A stretch of 21,341 nt of DNA from Hormoscilla sp. (GTDB lineage Bacteria > Cyanobacteriota > Cyanobacteriia > Cyanobacteriales > Desertifilaceae): assembly GCA_051439505.1 (NCBI GenBank), contig JBFRWI010000194.1:1-21341 (forward strand), read 5' to 3'. The translations under genes and the position numbers were made by a program. Under the pieces are notes generated by a model. It was not told the DNA's origin. It worked only from the letters and a program-made list of their open reading frames with translations, and made no database searches. Positions 16,715-21,341 of the stretch are shown piece by piece (positions within the stretch are counted from its first letter, which is position 1; each line of letters starts with the position of its first letter).

Positions 16715-17020
16715 TTAACAACGTCGATCGAATCTTGTCTGCAAACCACCATATTTGAACCAGTATTGTTTGAGATCGTGATGGGGTGTATGTAAACTCG
16801 CTTTCGCTTGATATAGTATCACTTGTCTATGATCCCCTATCCAGATTTTGTCTATTGCTTCTACTGTAATCAAAGTTCCTCCTAAACTCTCCACGCATTC
16901 TGTAAATCTTTCTACCGTTGGATATTCCACCGTTTCCAATATAAAAAAGTTTCCCGAACTGATCAGATGTCTACTGCGGATCCACGCTTGCATCTTTTTT
17001 TCTGCTTGTGGCGGCAACAT
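16715..17020 (-). CDS. cpeR: Phycoerythrin regulator CpeR
   Basis: MLPP.A.KKM.AWIRSRHLI.SGNFF..ETV.Y...LHTPHH.LKQYW; lies after cpeT. Confidence 0.9.
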   Translation of the reverse strand: MLPPQAEKKMQAWIRSRHLISSGNFFILETVEYPTVERFTECVESLGGTLITVEAIDKIWIGDHRQVILYQAKASLHTPHHDLKQYWFKYGGLQTRFDRRC

Positions 17021-17043
17021 TTCTCCCTTCCACTCATTTCCTG

Positions 17044-17676
17044 CTAATCTATTAAATTTACTTCACACTGCGGTACTTCTTCAGCAAAGCTTTGCCGTTT
17101 CTCAAATCTGAGGGGTCCCGCCTTTGACCCCCATACTTGCTCGTGGGTATTGACATCCATACCCTTATCTAAACTCACCCAAGTTTTTGCCGTCAATTCC
17201 ACATCACTCACCAGATATGTTTCGCAGCCATTTCTATTTATCAAGCAATTTTTGCCCTCCACAGCACCCCGAAACATTTCCCCTTCCCGCCAGAAAATCA
17301 TTCCACAATTTTCACGACGTTTAATCTCCTGTGGCGTAATCGTTTTGAGAATATCTAACTCCCTTGCTGCACCCACATATGGTACCGGATCTTTGAGACC
17401 GTAGTTTTCTATATAAATCAGATCTCGATGAGCTACTAGACGATGGACTCCCTGACGGTATGGTCTCCAGAGATCGTAGTCATAAACTTGCTCGGAATAC
17501 AATCCCAGTCCCCCAAAAAATTCATAGGGTAATGGTCGCCAAAATATATGAATATGTGCATAGGTTGTCGGGTTAGCATTTGCCTGTTTTTCGTTACTAA
17601 AATCCCCCGCCATCCAACATGCTAGCGTCATCATCTCCCGTGCTATACTCCTCTTTTTTATCAGTGCGATCGCCAT
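17044..17676 (-). CDS. cpeT: T-family phycobiliprotein lyase CpeT
   Basis: WMAGDFSN..QA..NP..YAHIH..WRPLP, YSEQVYDYDLWRPYRQGVH, DKG...QVWGS. Confidence 0.9.
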   Translation of the reverse strand: MAIALIKKRSIAREMMTLACWMAGDFSNEKQANANPTTYAHIHIFWRPLPYEFFGGLGLYSEQVYDYDLWRPYRQGVHRLVAHRDLIYIENYGLKDPVPYVGAARELDILKTITPQEIKRRENCGMIFWREGEMFRGAVEGKNCLINRNGCETYLVSDVELTAKTWVSLDKGMDVNTHEQVWGSKAGPLRFEKRQSFAEEVPQCEVNLID

Positions 17677-17703
17677 TTTATTTTTGGATCAGTTTTTCTT
17701 TAG

Positions 17704-18240
17704 TTAATTTCCCGACAAGGAGCGAATTTCTGAGGCAAAAGAAGCAGTTACCACGCCTTTTCCATCACTGGTTTTGATCGTAGAAACTCTAAATCTGAGA
17801 TTATCTGTCGCAAACCAGATTCTCTCCTCTGCTGCTGCCCGATCGTACTCTGTCAGCAGGACGAAGGTGCCATCCGAGGTAAAATAGTAATCTCCTACTG
17901 CCGCGATCGTTTCCGCATAGCCCTGCGATCGCAGTAATTTCCCCTGATTTATGTTCTCCCGATCGGGAATTGGCACCAGGACGCAGCTTCCTGTCATAGT
18001 TTCCTCTTCATCCCAATCCGATCGGCCCTCCCAACTCATGCTAAAGGGGCTAATTGCCGCTGCTGGATCTATGCCTGCGGACTTACACAGCTCAATTACA
18101 GAGTCATCCGATCCTGCCAATGATACTATATCAATAGTCGATCGCACTTCTTCAAAATGGCTAAATGCCAAATTGTGACCGCTGCGCTGCGATCGCCAAC
18201 GTCCGATGGAAAGTTTAACAAATTCCCTAATATCCATCAT
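17704..18240 (-). CDS. cpeS: Phycoerythrobilin lyase CpeS
   Basis: SIGRWRSQRSGHNLAFSHFEEV.S, GYAE, AAEERIWF, TASFASEIR; cpeS-cpeT-cpeR gene order. Confidence 0.9.
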   Translation of the reverse strand: MMDIREFVKLSIGRWRSQRSGHNLAFSHFEEVRSTIDIVSLAGSDDSVIELCKSAGIDPAAAISPFSMSWEGRSDWDEEETMTGSCVLVPIPDRENINQGKLLRSQGYAETIAAVGDYYFTSDGTFVLLTEYDRAAAEERIWFATDNLRFRVSTIKTSDGKGVVTASFASEIRSLSGN

Positions 18241-18680
18241 TTCTTGGATTTCTGTTTCCGCTTCAATTTCTTCAACTTGCTCGTCTTTTTCGTGTCCTTT
18301 TTCTTCGCCTCAACGGACTTGCGTTTGCTTCTGACAGGTTTGACCTCTGCGTGAGTCGCCAAAGTAGCATCTTTACTCGCCTTTGTTGATGTTTCCGATC
18401 CCACTGTTTCCGATCCCGCTGTTTCTGACGACCCTGGCGCTGACGATGCTGGTTCTGCTGAAGGTGGTGACAGTTCTAGGGAGGATGATATCATCCTGAC
18501 GCCCTTAATTTTGCCTCCTATCCGCCCAATCTCCTGCATTTTCTGAGACAGTCGGCGGTAAGGCACTTTCACCCTATAGTTACTGGCACGGATTATATCT
18601 TGACGACACAAACCCGTCACCTCTATCTCCACCATCCGACTGTCGTCGTCAGACGATTTGTAGCACCTAACATTTGCCAT
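18237..18680 (-). CDS. CpcD-like domain protein with Ser/Ala-rich linker and Lys-rich tail
   Basis: RMVEIEVTG...R.SNY.VKVPY.RLSQ.MQ.I.R.GGKI. ATGA overlap with cpeS. Confidence 0.75.
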   Translation of the reverse strand: MANVRCYKSSDDDSRMVEIEVTGLCRQDIIRASNYRVKVPYRRLSQKMQEIGRIGGKIKGVRMISSSLELSPPSAEPASSAPGSSETAGSETVGSETSTKASKDATLATHAEVKPVRSKRKSVEAKKKDTKKTSKLKKLKRKQKSKK

Positions 18681-18797
18681 TTCTCGATTTCCTCGATTAT
18701 CTGCTCACTAGCCTAACCTATTGCCACACCTACCAAAGGCCAATAATAGTCAAGCTAATGAGCTTCCCACCCGGCAATATTTTACCTTCTTAGAGAA

Positions 18798-19043
18798 TTA
18801 CTCCTCTGCTGCTGGACTGCTGGGAGATAAACTTGCTTCCTCCACACTGACATTTTTTACCTTGCCTCCCATACCCATTATGTTCTGCATTACCTGAGAC
18901 ATACTGCTGTATGGAACTTTAATTTTATAGTTGCTGGTTTTGCTTATTTCGTTACAGCACATCCCCGTCACTTCTATCACCACCGAGCGATTATCATAAC
19001 TGCTCACTCCCGTCATCCCAACTGTCTGAATCCTCAACATCAT
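18798..19043 (-). CDS. Small CpcD-like (rod-capping domain) linker protein
   Basis: RSVVIEVTG...SNYKIKVPYSSMSQVMQNI..MGGKVKNVS; AGAGG RBS. Confidence 0.8.
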   Translation of the reverse strand: MMLRIQTVGMTGVSSYDNRSVVIEVTGMCCNEISKTSNYKIKVPYSSMSQVMQNIMGMGGKVKNVSVEEASLSPSSPAAEE

Positions 19044-19114
19044 TCATACCTCTTGCATGCTCTTACTTTTGATTTTTTCCACTTCCTCCGGTGGACTTTT
19101 TCTTCAACAGCATT

Positions 19115-19143
19115 TCCTGGGGCTTGTTTGACTAGCCCCAGGA
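19115..19143 (-). terminator. Stem-loop downstream of cpeD
   Basis: TCCTGGGGCT / AGCCCCAGGA perfect 10-bp stem, about 20 nt after the cpeD stop. Confidence 0.6.
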
Positions 19144-19162
19144 TTTTCCCGTCTTGCCTGTT

Positions 19163-19912
19163 TTACACCACTTCTGTGATCCTGACAATTGTGCCGCTCG
19201 TGCGATTAATCCGCTGAATTTGCGGCGACATCCTGCTGCCGGGCACGATATATTCCGTCGTGCTGCGACGACGAGGACCGTCAAATTTCGCCCCCTTCAC
19301 CACAATTTTGAACATCTTTTCCGTAGCATCGGCATAAGCTGCCATCCGACCACTTGACCGCAACGGGATTTTTGTCGTACCATTAGTTGCCACCGCTTCT
19401 ACCAAGCGAGATGAGGTCGTAGCGCTATCAATTTCTGCCCAACCCCGAACCAAAGACTGAGTGCGGTTATAGCCAATTTGCTTTTGCCCCACCTGAGTGC
19501 TCGCACCATGATAGTACGGGACTATATTCTCACCATAGTTGCTGTAGTATTCTTCGCTATCGATATAGGAGTCAATTTCCGCATCGTAGCCCGAATTAAT
19601 GCATAGCTGGATATGCTCCGACAGTTCTGCTTGATCCAGGGGGGCCCGTCCCAGCAAATGCTTGAAGTTCAGCTCCACGAACCGGTAGGGGGCACAGCTT
19701 TCAAAATACCGGCTGCGATAGAAATCTGATTTTGCCACTGCCCGGACAAATTCCCGCACCGTCATGCTGCGATCGCACAATTGCGATTCTGCACTTACCA
19801 GTCGTTCGCTTTCCATCACGTGGGGGTTTCCCAACACCTGCCGGTAAACTGCCCTGATTATTGCCCCCACTTCCGACCCAGAGCTTGTGGGCCATAGTTC
19901 CATTTCTTCCAT
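19163..19912 (-). CDS. cpeD: Phycoerythrin-associated rod linker CpeD
   Basis: ELWP...GNPHVMESERLV.AESQLCDRS.TVREFVR...CAPYRFVELNF...KFD.PRR.STTEYIVP...PQIQRINRTSG; 249 aa. Confidence 0.9.
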   Translation of the reverse strand: MEEMELWPTSSGSEVGAIIRAVYRQVLGNPHVMESERLVSAESQLCDRSMTVREFVRAVAKSDFYRSRYFESCAPYRFVELNFKHLLGRAPLDQAELSEHIQLCINSGYDAEIDSYIDSEEYYSNYGENIVPYYHGASTQVGQKQIGYNRTQSLVRGWAEIDSATTSSRLVEAVATNGTTKIPLRSSGRMAAYADATEKMFKIVVKGAKFDGPRRRSTTEYIVPGSRMSPQIQRINRTSGTIVRITEVV

Positions 19913-19960
19913 TCTTAAATTCCTTCTTTAAACCACTTTTGCCTGAGTTGGTCGATCAAT

Positions 19961-19982
19961 GGTGGGCGGTGCCCACCCTACG
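19961..19982. repeat. REP-like small dispersed repeat GGTGGGC-GGT-GCCCACC-CTACG
   Basis: 7-bp palindrome plus CTAC tail in the cpeC-cpeD spacer. A degenerate copy lies at 21155-21180. Confidence 0.7.
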
Positions 19983-20005
19983 AGTTATTTTTTTCGCTCG
20001 GGATC

Positions 20006-20878
20006 CTAGTTGACAGCGGTGATACTGGCAATCTTGCCGCCCTGTTGGTGAATCCGCTGGTACTCTTTCGACAGTTGATCGAAGGGCACCAGATACACCT
20101 TGTTACTGCGCCGGAATTTCGAGACGCGATTGACTGCCCCTGGCGAGCTATAGGCAGTGACTTCTACGCGGTATACCTTGCCTTCGGAAGTTGCTCCAGC
20201 TCCATGTCGAGTCCGCGCCCCCAGAGTTGGATCTTGGAAAGACCAACCATCCGATGCTCCCGAAGGCGGAATCACAGCCGTGGGTATGCCTTGAATCACG
20301 TACTTATTCAACCGTGGTTCATTTCCTGCCAAATTCCCTTTCAGGTCGCTGCTGGAAGCACCCCGCAAGAGTTGGAACATATGGGTAAACCCAACCATAT
20401 TCTTGCCAGTTTGGGTTTTGTAGCCCCGATAATACGGTACGATGTTTTCCCCAAACGCATCCTGATACTCATCGCTATCCAGATAGGAATCAATGTCCGC
20501 CTCAAAACCCGCTTCATCCAAGATCGCGCTGTGTGCTTTCATCTCTTCGTAGCTATTGGGGGCCCGACCGAGAATATGCTTGTAGTTCAACTCCGTTGCC
20601 CGATAGCGGGGGCAGCTGTCGAAAAACCGGGAACGGTACAGATCCGATTTCGCTACCCAACGGACGAACTCCCGCACGCTGATTTCCCCCAGTTTCAGTT
20701 GGGACTCTTCCACCGTCAGCCGTTCGCTGTCCATCACGTAGGCATTTCCCAACAGCTGCCGGTACACGGCGCGAATCACCGTTTCCACTTCTTCCTCAGA
20801 GCGCCCCGGGTATAGCTCTACTGGTTCTGTGTCCTCAAACAGGGCCACTCCTAATTCCGATGCCGGTCCAAATACCAT
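20006..20878 (-). CDS. cpeC: Phycoerythrin-associated rod linker CpeC
   Basis: ATG 20878 with AGGAGAG RBS: MVFGPASELGV.LF...PGRS.EE...GASSS.LKG...GARTR.G...KVYRVEVT...FRRSNKVYLVP...YQRIHQQGGKIASIT. Confidence 0.93.
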   Translation of the reverse strand: MVFGPASELGVALFEDTEPVELYPGRSEEEVETVIRAVYRQLLGNAYVMDSERLTVEESQLKLGEISVREFVRWVAKSDLYRSRFFDSCPRYRATELNYKHILGRAPNSYEEMKAHSAILDEAGFEADIDSYLDSDEYQDAFGENIVPYYRGYKTQTGKNMVGFTHMFQLLRGASSSDLKGNLAGNEPRLNKYVIQGIPTAVIPPSGASDGWSFQDPTLGARTRHGAGATSEGKVYRVEVTAYSSPGAVNRVSKFRRSNKVYLVPFDQLSKEYQRIHQQGGKIASITAVN

Positions 20879-21079
20879 ACTCTCTCCTGGGTAGCAACTA
20901 ATTGACTTTTCCTGAGAATGGGGGCCGAGTAACGTTAACAAACTTAACGATTCTCCCTCTCCACCAATTTACCATCCTGTTCTCTGGTATACAGAGCTAA
21001 ATCTCTTCAGCCTTTATACCCCTGTCTTCCCTTTATACACCCCTGCGACCACTTTGATTATTAAGATTTATGAATTTTA

Positions 21080-21097
21080 TTAACAGAATGTAATATC
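21080..21097 (-). promoter_or_regulatory. Direct-repeat site upstream of cpeC, shared with the cpeBA upstream region
   Basis: Minus strand ATATTACA-TTC-TGTTA versus cpeB ATATTACA-GAT-TGTTA. Confidence 0.55.
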
Positions 21098-21182
21098 AAC
21101 TGGAAATCTCTCAGAATCAGCGTCAGGGAGCACCCTCGCAGGGAGTCGGGAACTGGTGGGCGGTGCTGGCGGTGCCCAACGC

Positions 21183-21210
21183 GAGTTCGACCTTCGGAGT
21201 TCGACCTTCG
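21183..21210. repeat. 14-bp tandem duplication (GAGTTCGACCTTCG)x2
   Basis: Two perfect adjacent copies. Confidence 0.9.
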
Positions 21211-21217
21211 GATAAGG

Positions 21218-21341
21218 GCTGTCTGCAACCGTTGCGCCGCTGTCTGCAACCGTTGCGCCGCTGTCTGCAACCGTTGCGCCGCTGTCTGCAACCGTTGCGC
21301 CGCTGTCTGCAACCGTTGCGCCGCTGTCTGCAACCGTTGCG
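21218..21341. repeat. 21-bp perfect tandem repeat (GCTGTCTGCAACCGTTGCGCC), about 5.9 copies, truncated by the window end
   Basis: Identical units with no spacers; each contains the palindrome GCAAC-C-GTTGC. Confidence 0.95.

Noticed and set aside
20045..20815. 256-aa plus-strand ORF, and other antisense ORFs such as 5375-5887 and 9422-9793
   Set aside because: They lie entirely opposite confidently identified genes (cpeC, cpcG, cpeA) and have no motifs of their own.
21061..21333. 90-aa minus-strand ORF (TAAQRLQ)n as a real gene
   Set aside because: The frame is open only because the repeat unit is 21 bp; synonymous positions are invariant and the ORF runs into the cpeC promoter region.
21218..21341. 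CRISPR array
   Set aside because: Units are directly adjacent with no unique spacers, and there are no cas genes in the window.

Overview
Cyanobacterial chromosomal window (abundant HIP1 GCGATCGC octamers, heptamer tandem repeats, phycobiliprotein genes). About 1-3.7 kb is a decaying accessory region. It holds palindromic and HIP1-bounded repeats, a small hypothetical gene paired with a clan AA aspartic-protease gene broken by a nonsense codon, and a DUF262 + HEPN (MAE_28990-like) defence-type pair whose HEPN gene has two in-frame stops. DUF29 and rluD-like genes follow. About 5.2-21 kb is a phycoerythrin/phycobilisome cluster: cpcG, an HExxH protein, cpcS, nblA, cpeBA, cpeY, a pentapeptide-repeat gene, cpeU, cpeZ, and a minus-strand run cpeC-cpeD-(two CpcD-domain genes)-cpeS-cpeT-cpeR-atypical linker. 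Two unexpected putative DNA-binding genes sit inside the cluster. (1) An intact IS607 TnpA-like gene lies head-to-head with cpeBA; its catalytic serine is replaced by Ala, it has no tnpB, and it has its own consensus promoter. (2) A ribbon-helix-helix-like protein carries about 12 copies of a 33-aa helical repeat and ends in the same AIG..LNKWR tail as the neighbouring PE linker. The window ends in a perfect 21-bp tandem array. All family calls come from motif recognition by eye; no database searches were run.
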